This document shows, piece after piece, positions 39,055 through 46,777 of a stretch of DNA of 46,777 nt. Under the pieces are notes generated by a model. The model was not told the origin of the DNA and made no database searches. It saw only the letters and a list, made by a program, of their open reading frames with translations. Position 1 is the stretch's first letter; each line of letters starts with the position of its first letter. Source of the stretch: Rickettsiales bacterium (lineage in GTDB: Bacteria; Pseudomonadota; Alphaproteobacteria; Rickettsiales; UBA1997); NCBI GenBank assembly GCA_033763375.1, contig JANRKR010000056.1, forward strand, positions 1 to 46,777, read 5' to 3'. Made by a program: the position numbers and the translations under genes.

Positions 39055-39858
39055 GTGTCTGATTTCTTTAATCAAAATCAAATTGAAAAAATTATTTCCT
39101 GTGCCTTTGCTGCCGGAGAAATTGCTGATAAATTTTTCAGGTTACGCAATTTTGAAGTTATAACAAAATCAGATAACACCAAAGTTACCAGCGCTGACAT
39201 TGCAATTAGCAAATTTATTGATGAAAAATTAACCAAAGAATTTCCACAAATTCCAATTATCTGCGAAGAAGGAAAATTGCGGCAGGTTGATGATATTTTT
39301 TGGTTGATCGATCCAATTGACGGCACAACAAGTTTTATTGAAGGTAATGTTGAATTCGCAATCAGTATCGCCTTGATAAAAAATAACCGAGCAATTTTTG
39401 GTCTGATTTATGCGCCGCTTTTTGAAAATGGTAAAATGATTTTTTCTAATCATAAAAACCAGATAATTGCTCAAGATAAATCTGGCAAAAATGCAGTCAT
39501 AGAATTTAGTAAATCTTCTTCAGATTTGTTACGAATTGTAACCAGTCCAAGAACTAAAGATGTTGATATTAAAAATTATTTAAAAAAATTTTATCCAGAT
39601 ATTGATAAAAATTTTGTTGTTACAAGAGTTTCTTCGGCAATAAAATTTTTGCATATTCTAGAAAATAAAGCTGATCTTTATTTACATTTTCGTCAATCGA
39701 TGGAATGGGATACCGCTGCAGGTCAAGCCTTAATTGAAATGATGAATGGACAAGTTAAAACTATGGTTTTTAATCAAGATCAAATCTTACTGACAAAAAA
39801 TTTAAGTTATAAAAAACCAAACTTTCTTAACCAATCTTTTGTAGCTTTCATTAATTAA
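39055..39858 (+). CDS. cysQ: 3'(2'),5'-bisphosphate nucleotidase (CysQ / inositol monophosphatase family)
   Basis: KSDNTKVTSAD, IICEE, FWLIDPIDGTTSF, SSAIKF, MEWDTAAGQA; GTG start. Confidence 0.85.
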   Translation: MSDFFNQNQIEKIISCAFAAGEIADKFFRLRNFEVITKSDNTKVTSADIAISKFIDEKLTKEFPQIPIICEEGKLRQVDDIFWLIDPIDGTTSFIEGNVEFAISIALIKNNRAIFGLIYAPLFENGKMIFSNHKNQIIAQDKSGKNAVIEFSKSSSDLLRIVTSPRTKDVDIKNYLKKFYPDIDKNFVVTRVSSAIKFLHILENKADLYLHFRQSMEWDTAAGQALIEMMNGQVKTMVFNQDQILLTKNLSYKKPNFLNQSFVAFIN

Positions 39859-39870
39859 ATTTTTTGAATT

Positions 39871-40182
39871 ATGGTGCATAAATTTACAACAAATTGTAAT
39901 TTTCGTGGACAAAAACTTCCAGTTACTTTTTATGTTGGAAACCCAGCTGCCGGCAATCATCCATTGGATCATCAGGCTAAATGGCTAAGTAAAGAAAAAG
40001 GTGGAAATATTCCGCGCGAAGTTATGGACGCTTTTACAAAATTAAAAGCCATTGCTGACAATGGTCGAATTTCTTTTGAAGAACTTTGTAAATATGTTGT
40101 CGATGAATTAAACTCTGCAAACACTCTTGAATCAGACTTTAACAAAGCTTCACAACTTTCATCAAAAAATGATAAAAAATAG
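39871..40182 (+). CDS. DUF2610-like protein
   Basis: KFTTNCNFRGQ...FYVGNP...HPLDHQAKWLSKEKGGNIP..VMD...ISFEELCKY matches my recollection of the DUF2610 family common in Rickettsiales. Confidence 0.7.
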   Translation: MVHKFTTNCNFRGQKLPVTFYVGNPAAGNHPLDHQAKWLSKEKGGNIPREVMDAFTKLKAIADNGRISFEELCKYVVDELNSANTLESDFNKASQLSSKNDKK

Positions 40183-40184
40183 TA

Positions 40185-41144
40185 ATGAATAAAAAATTAG
40201 AATCTTCAGGTCAGAAAAATAAAAAACATATTGCGGTTTTGATGGGTGGCTGGAATTCGGAAAGAGAAGTTTCGCTTCAATCTGGCGAAGCAGTTTATAA
40301 AGCGCTTCTTAAGTTGGGATATCGCACCACTAAAATTGATTTTTCACGACAAATTTTTTCTCAAATTCAGGAAGTAAAACCTGACATAATTTTTAACGCA
40401 TTACATGGTCAATATGGCGAAGATGGAAGAGTGCAGGGCTTTCTTGATATTTTAAATATTCCTTACACTCACAGTGGAATTTTGGCTTCAGCAATTTGTA
40501 TGGATAAAGTTTTAACTAGAAAAATTTGTGATACGGTTGCAATAAAATCGCCGCGTTACGAAGTACTTAAAAAAAATTCAGATGCTGAAAATAAAGACAA
40601 ACTTTTTGCTATTGGCAAACCTTTTGTGATCAAGCCAATCAATGAAGGATCAAGCATTGGCGTAGAAGTTATTTTGCCTAATAATCAATTCGATCTTGCT
40701 AATTATCATTGGCAATATGGCGATGAAGTAATTGTTGAAGAATATATTGCTGGTCAGGAAATTCAGGTGGCAGTTATGGATAATAAAGCTCTTGGCGCGA
40801 TTGAAGTTAGACCGCATGGATTATTTTATGATTATAAATGTAAATATACTAAAGGCATGACAGATTATATAATGCCGGCGCAAGTTTCTGCTGAAAAATA
40901 TTCAGAAATTTTAGATTTAGCACAAAGATGTCATAAGGTTTTGGGTTGTTCTGGAATCAGCCGTATTGATTTTATTTTAAATAATAAAAATGACGGTGAT
41001 AATAATTTTTATTTGCTTGAAGCCAATACTCATCCCGGATTTACCGAAACTTCTTTGGTGCCAAAAATTGCCAAACATGTAGGAATTTCTTTTGAAGAAA
41101 TTGTCGAATATCTGCTTAAATCAGCACGATGCGGAATTGTCTAA
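40185..41144 (+). CDS. ddl: D-alanine--D-alanine ligase
   Basis: VLMGGWNSEREVSLQSG, FNALHGQYGEDG, IPYTHSG, KPINEGSSIG, FYDYKCKY, LEANTHPGFT. Confidence 0.97.
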   Translation: MNKKLESSGQKNKKHIAVLMGGWNSEREVSLQSGEAVYKALLKLGYRTTKIDFSRQIFSQIQEVKPDIIFNALHGQYGEDGRVQGFLDILNIPYTHSGILASAICMDKVLTRKICDTVAIKSPRYEVLKKNSDAENKDKLFAIGKPFVIKPINEGSSIGVEVILPNNQFDLANYHWQYGDEVIVEEYIAGQEIQVAVMDNKALGAIEVRPHGLFYDYKCKYTKGMTDYIMPAQVSAEKYSEILDLAQRCHKVLGCSGISRIDFILNNKNDGDNNFYLLEANTHPGFTETSLVPKIAKHVGISFEEIVEYLLKSARCGIV

Positions 41145-41145
41145 A

Positions 41146-42057
41146 ATGAAAAAATTTTCTTTTTCTAAAATCTATATTTTCAAAGAAAAATTTTCTAATT
41201 TTATCTGGGAAAATCCTTGGTGGCGCTGGTTAAAAGTTTTTTTGCGTCATAAAGTTTATCCAGTTTTATCAAAAATTATAATTACTTTATTTCTTATAAT
41301 TTTGGCGATTTTGATTTTGTTGAAAATATTCAAGCCAACATATTTAGAAAAAATTTATCAGCATTCTTCTTTTTATTTTTTTCATTATCTTAATTTAGAT
41401 AATCAAAATTTTTCTCAGCCAAAAATTACCGGCAACAAGCGCACTTCTAATGAAGAAATCACCACTATTTTTAACGATGTAGTAAAAAATTTTACCAAAG
41501 CTGAATTGCAAAAAAATGATCAGCAAATTTATCAGCCTTTAATAAAAAAATTAATTACTGAAATTAAAAAACGTTCGCCGTGGGTTAATAAAATTACTAT
41601 CACCAGAACCATGCCCGACTCAATAAATATCGCAATTATCGAGTATGAGCCATTTGCTATTTGGCAAAATGATGGTAAAAAATATATCACTGACAAAGAT
41701 GGCAATACAGTTTTGGTTGATAATATTGAACAGTTCAAACATTTGGTAATATTATCTGGAAAAGGGGCGAATAATCATGCCAAATCTTTATTTAATATTT
41801 TTGCCATTGATCCAAATTTAAGCAATCGAGTTTATTCAGCAACTTGGCTTGGCGGCAGAAGATGGGATATTAGATTTGACAATGCGCTTTTAATAAAATT
41901 ACCTGAAGACAATATTGCCGAAGCTTGGCATAATTTAATAAAAATTTATAATTTGCCTGGATCAATTGTCGGTTTAAAAGTTATTGATTTGCGTGTTGAA
42001 GGTAAAATTTATCTCGAATATCAAGATTCAATAATTAAAGAATTGAAGACTCTCTAA
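41146..42057 (+). CDS. ftsQ: Cell division protein FtsQ
   Basis: Single TM helix, POTRA-like ITGNKRT...PWVNKITITRTMPD, EYEPFAIWQ, RRWDI, IDLRV; between ddl and ftsA. Confidence 0.9.
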   Translation: MKKFSFSKIYIFKEKFSNFIWENPWWRWLKVFLRHKVYPVLSKIIITLFLIILAILILLKIFKPTYLEKIYQHSSFYFFHYLNLDNQNFSQPKITGNKRTSNEEITTIFNDVVKNFTKAELQKNDQQIYQPLIKKLITEIKKRSPWVNKITITRTMPDSINIAIIEYEPFAIWQNDGKKYITDKDGNTVLVDNIEQFKHLVILSGKGANNHAKSLFNIFAIDPNLSNRVYSATWLGGRRWDIRFDNALLIKLPEDNIAEAWHNLIKIYNLPGSIVGLKVIDLRVEGKIYLEYQDSIIKELKTL

Positions 42058-43293
42058 ATGAAAAATGTCAAGAAAGGAAAAGTAGTTGCATGCCTTGATA
42101 TGGGAACTTCCAAGCTAGTTTGTCTTATTGCCTCGATTGGTAATAATGACGAAATTAAAATTCTTGGTTATGGTCATAAAGAATCCAAAGGAATTTCTGA
42201 TAGCGCTATTTCTGATATGCGTTTGGCGCAAAGGTCAATTACCAATGTTATTTCCGAAGCTGAAAGAATGGCAGGTTTTAATATTGATCGGGTGGTGATT
42301 GGAATTTCCGGAAGTCAGGTTACATCTTCACGCAAAGAGGTTAGTGTGAAAATTGCGTCAGACATTGTTAAGGCAACAGATATTTCTAACCTAGCAAATA
42401 AAATTCGTAGTGAATTTAAAAAAAATAATCGCGAAATTATTCACCTAATTCCGTTGCAATATCGTATCGATGATTCCTCGCCAGTTGTGAATCCGCGTTA
42501 TATGTCAGGTGAAAAACTTTATGCCAGATTTCATATTGTTTCTACTTCACAAACCACTATACGCAATATCGAAAATTGTCTAAAAAGATGTCAGCTTTCT
42601 GCTAATAATTATATTGTTGAACCTCATGCTGCAATGCTTTCTTGTCTTAATGAAGGCGAAACAAATTTAGGAACTTTATTGATTGATATTGGTGGCAGCT
42701 CAACTTCTTTTTGTATAACTTTGGATGGAAAACTGTCTTATGTCGGTAATTCACAAATTGGTGGAATGCACGTCACTAAAGACATTGCAACTATTTTAAA
42801 TATTTCTTTTGAAGTGGCAGAAAAAATAAAAAATCTCAATAGTTCGTTGTTAATAAGTCCAATTGAAGAAAAAGAATTGATCAGTTTAAAAGCTTCCATG
42901 CCAAGTGACGGACCAAATATGATTCGCATGACACGAGCCGAATTTCGCGACATTATGAAATCGCGTATCGAAGAAATATTTGAATCAGTAAAATCAACTT
43001 TAGAAAAAGCTGGCGTGCCACTTTACTTATTAAGCAATATTGTTCTTACCGGCGGCGTAACTTCAACTGTTGGAATTGACAAGTTGGCAAGTGAAATTAT
43101 GGGAAAAAGCGTTCGCATCGGCTATCCCAATAAATTTAATAATATTGCTTCAGAAATATTAAATCCAACTCACGCTTGTTCTTTGGGCATGTTAATTTTT
43201 TTAAAAAACATGCATATTAAAGATAAAATAAAAAATGGTTTTGAAACCAGAGTAAGTTGGTTTCGCAAGATGATTGATAAACTCGCTGCCTGA
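42058..43293 (+). CDS. ftsA: Cell division protein FtsA
   Basis: LDMGTSKLVCLI, IDIGGSST, GGMHVTKDIA, AEKIK, IVLTGG, VRIGYP, amphipathic C-terminus WFRKMIDKL. Confidence 0.96.
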   Translation: MKNVKKGKVVACLDMGTSKLVCLIASIGNNDEIKILGYGHKESKGISDSAISDMRLAQRSITNVISEAERMAGFNIDRVVIGISGSQVTSSRKEVSVKIASDIVKATDISNLANKIRSEFKKNNREIIHLIPLQYRIDDSSPVVNPRYMSGEKLYARFHIVSTSQTTIRNIENCLKRCQLSANNYIVEPHAAMLSCLNEGETNLGTLLIDIGGSSTSFCITLDGKLSYVGNSQIGGMHVTKDIATILNISFEVAEKIKNLNSSLLISPIEEKELISLKASMPSDGPNMIRMTRAEFRDIMKSRIEEIFESVKSTLEKAGVPLYLLSNIVLTGGVTSTVGIDKLASEIMGKSVRIGYPNKFNNIASEILNPTHACSLGMLIFLKNMHIKDKIKNGFETRVSWFRKMIDKLAA

Positions 43294-43306
43294 TTTAGAA
43301 AATGTT

Positions 43307-43460
43307 AGGCGATTTATACCAAGAAGCACAACCAGACCCCGTCATGAAGACTAAGGTGACAAAGTTATGAAGACGGGTTGGTTAAGATCTAGCCACACTG
43401 TCACCTTAGTCTTCATGACGGGTTTTGAAAAAATTGTGAATCAAGGGATAATCACCAAAT
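43307..43460. repeat. Second member of the 8646-8887 REP/RPE-4-like family, as two inverted half-copies
   Basis: Perfect 24-bp IR CCCGTCATGAAGACTAAGGTGACA (43338-43361) / 43399-43422; shares AGCACAACCAG and, in reverse orientation, GACAGTGTGGCTAGATCTTAACCAA with the 8.7-kb copy. Confidence 0.85.
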
Positions 43461-43811
43461 GTTAACCAGTTCAATCACTTTAATTGTAATAGTTTTTTCT
43501 TCGCTGGAATAATAACTCCATTTACTCCTCCAATTCCTTTATTCTCTTTCAGAAGTTGGACAAGTTCTGGCAAGAATGATGATGCTATGTGCCATTACTT
43601 CATAGCCGAAACTAGACCTGCTACAAAAGTTTTATTGAAAGTATCTGATAAAATTTACGAACCAAAAGAGTTAGAAGGAAATTGGGGGTTAACAAAATAT
43701 ATCTTCCCAATTCGCGCTAAAAACCTCGATTCAGGAACTCTAATTGTAGAAAAAGACGGAGAAAAAATCGAAGTTCCATTTGAGTACAAGTATTACAAGT
43801 TCTGGTATTAA
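43452..43811 (+). pseudogene. Probable 5'-truncated gene remnant (ORF track calls only 43587-43811)
   Basis: The frame is open from 43452 with protein-like sequence (..CNSFFFAGIITPFTPPIPLFSFRSW..) but has no ATG until 43587; it begins at the edge of the repeat element. Confidence 0.5.
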
Positions 43812-43820
43812 TTGTTGTAG

Positions 43821-43998
43821 TTATGTTGCCTCCAATCAAAACTAACCTCAAATTCAGAATCTAATTCTTATTCACTTGGAGGAAATATTGGCTTTAACAA
43901 CTCAAACAACAATCAAGATAGACTTTGGACTGATAATGTGGCATCAATAATTGGAACAAATTCGGTTATGATAAACGCAGAAAACAACACTAATATCG
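43821..43998 (+). pseudogene. Fragment resembling the hemagglutinin-repeat region of FHA/CdiA-type exoproteins
   Basis: Hand translation LQSKLTSNSESNSYSLGGNIGFNNSNNNQDRLWTDNVASIIGTNSVMINAENNTNI, without a start codon; resemblance judged from memory of such proteins. Confidence 0.45.
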
Positions 43999-44027
43999 TG
44001 AACCGCACCCCTTTTTTAAATAACTCG
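43999..44027. mobile_element. Possible solitary IS3-family terminal inverted repeat
   Basis: TGAACCGCACCCCTTTTTTAAATAACT resembles IS3/IS150-group ends (TGAACYGCACCCC); it lies where the hemagglutinin-like similarity stops; no transposase in the window. Confidence 0.4.
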
Positions 44028-44081
44028 TCTCTTCTAAATCTGAATTACGGATTATTTAACTTTTTTGAATTGAATTTTATG

Positions 44082-44654
44082 CTAAATATTTCTGCCGCCG
44101 TTTTCATGGCTGCGATCCAGTTTCATATGTTTTAATTTTTCAACATAACTCATATCGTCAAAATCACTGGTTTTTTGATTATTTTTTCTTTTCTTACCGG
44201 TAAGAGCGCCAATTCCTAAAGCTTCTGCTGATTTTTGATGGTGTTTTTCAGCGGCAATTTTTTCTCTTTTTTGTTTCCAGATTAATGATTTCATTCCAGT
44301 TGTATTAAAAACATCAACTGACATTTTTTTAATTTCTTCGCCGCGATCATCCCAAACATCTTTTACGTGAATTTCTTTTTGCTCTTCTTGCTCAAGACCG
44401 CCGTTTTCAATGCTTAAATTGCGTTGTTGATCATTGGTTGGTTTGATTAAGTTTTTTCTATATTTATTTTTTATAGCTGCGTCTTGTTCAGAGTGTTTGG
44501 CAAAATTTTCTGAGGCAGATTTTTTTTCATTTTTTTTATCATCGTCGTTTTTGTCATCGTCTTTTTTGATAAAATTTTGATCATCATCTTTATCGTTTTT
44601 TGCGGCTTTTTTTAAAGCTTCTTCAAAGTTTTTTTTATTAGAATTATGCAACAT
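44082..44654 (-). CDS. Hypothetical highly charged protein
   Basis: 190-aa K/D/E-rich ORF starting 3 bp after the mfd stop; ends SYVEKLKHMKLDRSHENGGRNI. Confidence 0.7.
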   Translation of the reverse strand: MLHNSNKKNFEEALKKAAKNDKDDDQNFIKKDDDKNDDDKKNEKKSASENFAKHSEQDAAIKNKYRKNLIKPTNDQQRNLSIENGGLEQEEQKEIHVKDVWDDRGEEIKKMSVDVFNTTGMKSLIWKQKREKIAAEKHHQKSAEALGIGALTGKKRKNNQKTSDFDDMSYVEKLKHMKLDRSHENGGRNI

Positions 44655-44657
44655 TTT

Positions 44658-46775
44658 TCAAAGAAGTTTTGTAAGTTGATTAATCACATTTTGTGCTGAA
44701 ACAATTTTTGATTTAGTTGATTTTATATCACAATTAAAAAGCACTTTTTGTCCGGCATGAATTTTTATTTGATTTTTACTGGAAAAAACCATTTTTAACA
44801 AAGCGTCAGGATTAGCGAATTTATTGTCTTTGAAGCTAATTAAAATTCCCTGATAATTTATTTGTGAAATTATTTCTAATTTTTCTACACCAATTTTTTT
44901 ACAAGCAGTTTTTAATTTAGAAATTTCCATCAGATTTAAAATTTCATCGCTAATTTTACCAAAGCGATCCGTCATTTCGTCGATAAGATTTTTTTGATCA
45001 TCATCATTTTTTATCGCAGCAATTTTTTTGTAAAAGCTCAGGCGCAAAGATAAATCTTCAATATAATTTTCAGGAATAAGTAAAGAAATTCCTAGTTTGA
45101 TCGTGATAGTAAAATCATCATCGATAAAGTTTTGCAGATTTTGTGAAGAATTATTTTGCAGTAAATCTGGCGAGTTTTTCAACTGCGAAATAGTTTCTAA
45201 AAGCATTTGCTGATAAAGCTCAACTCCGGTTTCTTTAATGTGACCTGATTGTTCATCGCCAAGTAAATTACCGCTGCCGCGAATATCCATGTCATGAGTT
45301 GCAATACTAAATCCAATTCCAAGCGAATCTAAATTTTGCATCACTTCTAATTTTTTGCGCGATTCATCGGAAATTTTTTTACGATTATCCAGCATCAAAT
45401 AACAATAAGCGCGCACTTTGCCGCGACCAACGCGACCACGCAATTGATAAAGTTGTGATAGACCAAACATTTCCGATTTATAAATAATCATGGTATTGGC
45501 TTGTGAAATATCGATGCCTGATTCAATGATCGTAGTTGAAAGCAGCATATCAATTTTACCGTCAACAAAATCATTCATGATTTGATCAAGTTGGCTTGGT
45601 GGCATTTGTCCATGAGCGTGAGTAATTTTTATTTCCGGCAATAAAATTTTTAATCGCGGTTCCATCTCTTCAATATCACGAATTCTTGGCACTACAAAAA
45701 AAATGCGACCACCGCGATTATATTCACGCATTACTGCTTCGCGAACAATTACCGAGTCGTAAGGCATAACAAAATTGCGAACAGCAAGACGATCTAGTGG
45801 TGGCGTGGCAATTAAGCTTAAATCTTTAACTCCGGTTAATGACATTTGTAAAGTGCGCGGAATTGGTGTGGCAGAAAGCGTTAAAACGTGAACTTCATTA
45901 CGCAATTCTTTCAGACGTTCTTTTTGAGCAACGCCAAAATGTTGCTCTTCGTCAATAATTACCAAAGCTAAATTTTTGAATTTAATATTTTTTTGTAAAA
46001 GTGCATGCGTTCCGATAACAATATTTACTTGACCAGATTCAATTTCGCTGCGTACTTTTTTAGCATCAGAAATATTAATCAAACGCGATAGTTGGGAAAT
46101 TTTGATGTTAGTTCTAGAAAATCTCTGACAAAAATTTTTGTAATGTTGACGAACCAAAAGTGTGGTTGGCGCAATTACTGCGATTTGATTAAATTCATTT
46201 TGATTATTTCCGCAAACAATTGCAGCAGCGCGCAAAGCAACTTCGGTTTTTCCAAAACCAACATCGCCGCAAACCAAACGATCCATTGGCGAGCCACGAC
46301 GTAAATCTTCTTCAACTTCTTCAATTGCGCGCATCTGATCTTGAGTTTCAACAAAACCAAAACCATTTTTAAATTCGTCATAAAAATTTTGATCGGCAAC
46401 AAAAATTGCCGCTTTTTTTAAATGACGCGCTGCTGCTATTTTTAAAAGTTCTTCTGCAGCAACTTTAATTCTTTTGCGAACTTTTTCTTTGCGATTTTTC
46501 CAGGCGGCAACGCCAAGACGATCAAGCGTAATTAAAGAGTTTTCAGCGCCATAGCGCGAGATATAACCAATATCATCAACCGGCACATAAAGAACATCGC
46601 CGCCGCCATATTCAATTTTAATCATATCGACTTTGATGCCGCCGCTATCAATTAAATTTATGCCTTTAAAGCGTCCAATGCCATGATCGCGATGAACAAC
46701 CAGCTCGTCAATTGCAATGCTTAAACCTTCTTCAATTAATCTTTGCGAAGCGGCGGCGCTGGTTTTTTTACGAAT
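44658..46775 (-). CDS. mfd: Transcription-repair coupling factor Mfd (5' part outside the window)
   Basis: VVHRDHGIGRF upstream of the ORF-track start, MDRLVCGDVGFGKTEVA, IIDEEQHFGV, SATPIPRTL, QLRGRVGR, TRCF C-terminal domain; frame open to the window end. Confidence 0.97.
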   Translation of the reverse strand: MRKKTSAAASQRLIEEGLSIAIDELVVHRDHGIGRFKGINLIDSGGIKVDMIKIEYGGGDVLYVPVDDIGYISRYGAENSLITLDRLGVAAWKNRKEKVRKRIKVAAEELLKIAAARHLKKAAIFVADQNFYDEFKNGFGFVETQDQMRAIEEVEEDLRRGSPMDRLVCGDVGFGKTEVALRAAAIVCGNNQNEFNQIAVIAPTTLLVRQHYKNFCQRFSRTNIKISQLSRLINISDAKKVRSEIESGQVNIVIGTHALLQKNIKFKNLALVIIDEEQHFGVAQKERLKELRNEVHVLTLSATPIPRTLQMSLTGVKDLSLIATPPLDRLAVRNFVMPYDSVIVREAVMREYNRGGRIFFVVPRIRDIEEMEPRLKILLPEIKITHAHGQMPPSQLDQIMNDFVDGKIDMLLSTTIIESGIDISQANTMIIYKSEMFGLSQLYQLRGRVGRGKVRAYCYLMLDNRKKISDESRKKLEVMQNLDSLGIGFSIATHDMDIRGSGNLLGDEQSGHIKETGVELYQQMLLETISQLKNSPDLLQNNSSQNLQNFIDDDFTITIKLGISLLIPENYIEDLSLRLSFYKKIAAIKNDDDQKNLIDEMTDRFGKISDEILNLMEISKLKTACKKIGVEKLEIISQINYQGILISFKDNKFANPDALLKMVFSSKNQIKIHAGQKVLFNCDIKSTKSKIVSAQNVINQLTKLL

Positions 46776-46777
46776 AA

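Noticed and set aside
42058-43293. Absence of ftsZ after ftsA as gene loss
   Set aside because: ftsZ is unlinked from ftsQA in Rickettsia; loss cannot be inferred from one window.
43938-44135. 65-aa ORF called by the track
   Set aside because: Appears chimeric: tail of the hemagglutinin-like fragment, the IS-like end and antisense overlap with the next gene.
1-46777. tRNA, rRNA or known riboswitch genes, and the remaining short ORFs nested in or antisense to long genes
   Set aside because: No cloverleaf, T-loop or rRNA signature recognised in the spacers by eye (tRNAscan/Infernal not run); the nested 60-110 aa ORFs lie within well-supported genes and show no motifs.

Overview
AT-rich alphaproteobacterial chromosome segment, most consistent with a Rickettsiales-type organism (DUF2610-like gene before ddl-ftsQ-ftsA, ftsZ not adjacent, Rickettsia-like Cys-free L32, several RPE/REP-like palindromic elements). 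It retains lipid A, GDP-mannose dehydratase, proline, folate and thiamine genes plus type IV pilus components. Most genes are housekeeping (mnmG, rnhA, proC, sdhCDAB, gmd, folK, xseA, lpxK/lpxL/lpxC, rpmF-plsX-fabH, bamE, thiL, kbl, dgt, cysQ, ddl-ftsQ-ftsA, partial mfd). The best candidate for an undescribed system is a DUF692 (MNIO) + DUF2063 RiPP-type cluster (32574-34480). Its precursor has a lipobox and Cys residues in 10-residue KKDEAHKCS repeats, suggesting a membrane-anchored, modified metal-binding peptide; no DoxX or ECF sigma gene is adjacent. Other points of interest: a BglII/BstYI-type restriction-modification pair wedged between sdhA and sdhB, a CarD with a histone-like basic N-terminal arm and an acidic/basic tail, at least three families of intergenic palindromic elements (one with a 5-bp target duplication, one with covarying hairpins), an uncalled 42-aa membrane ORF coupled to dgt, and a decayed patch after ftsA (decapitated ORF, hemagglutinin/CdiA-like fragment, IS3-like end). 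All calls rest on motif recognition by eye; no database searches were run.
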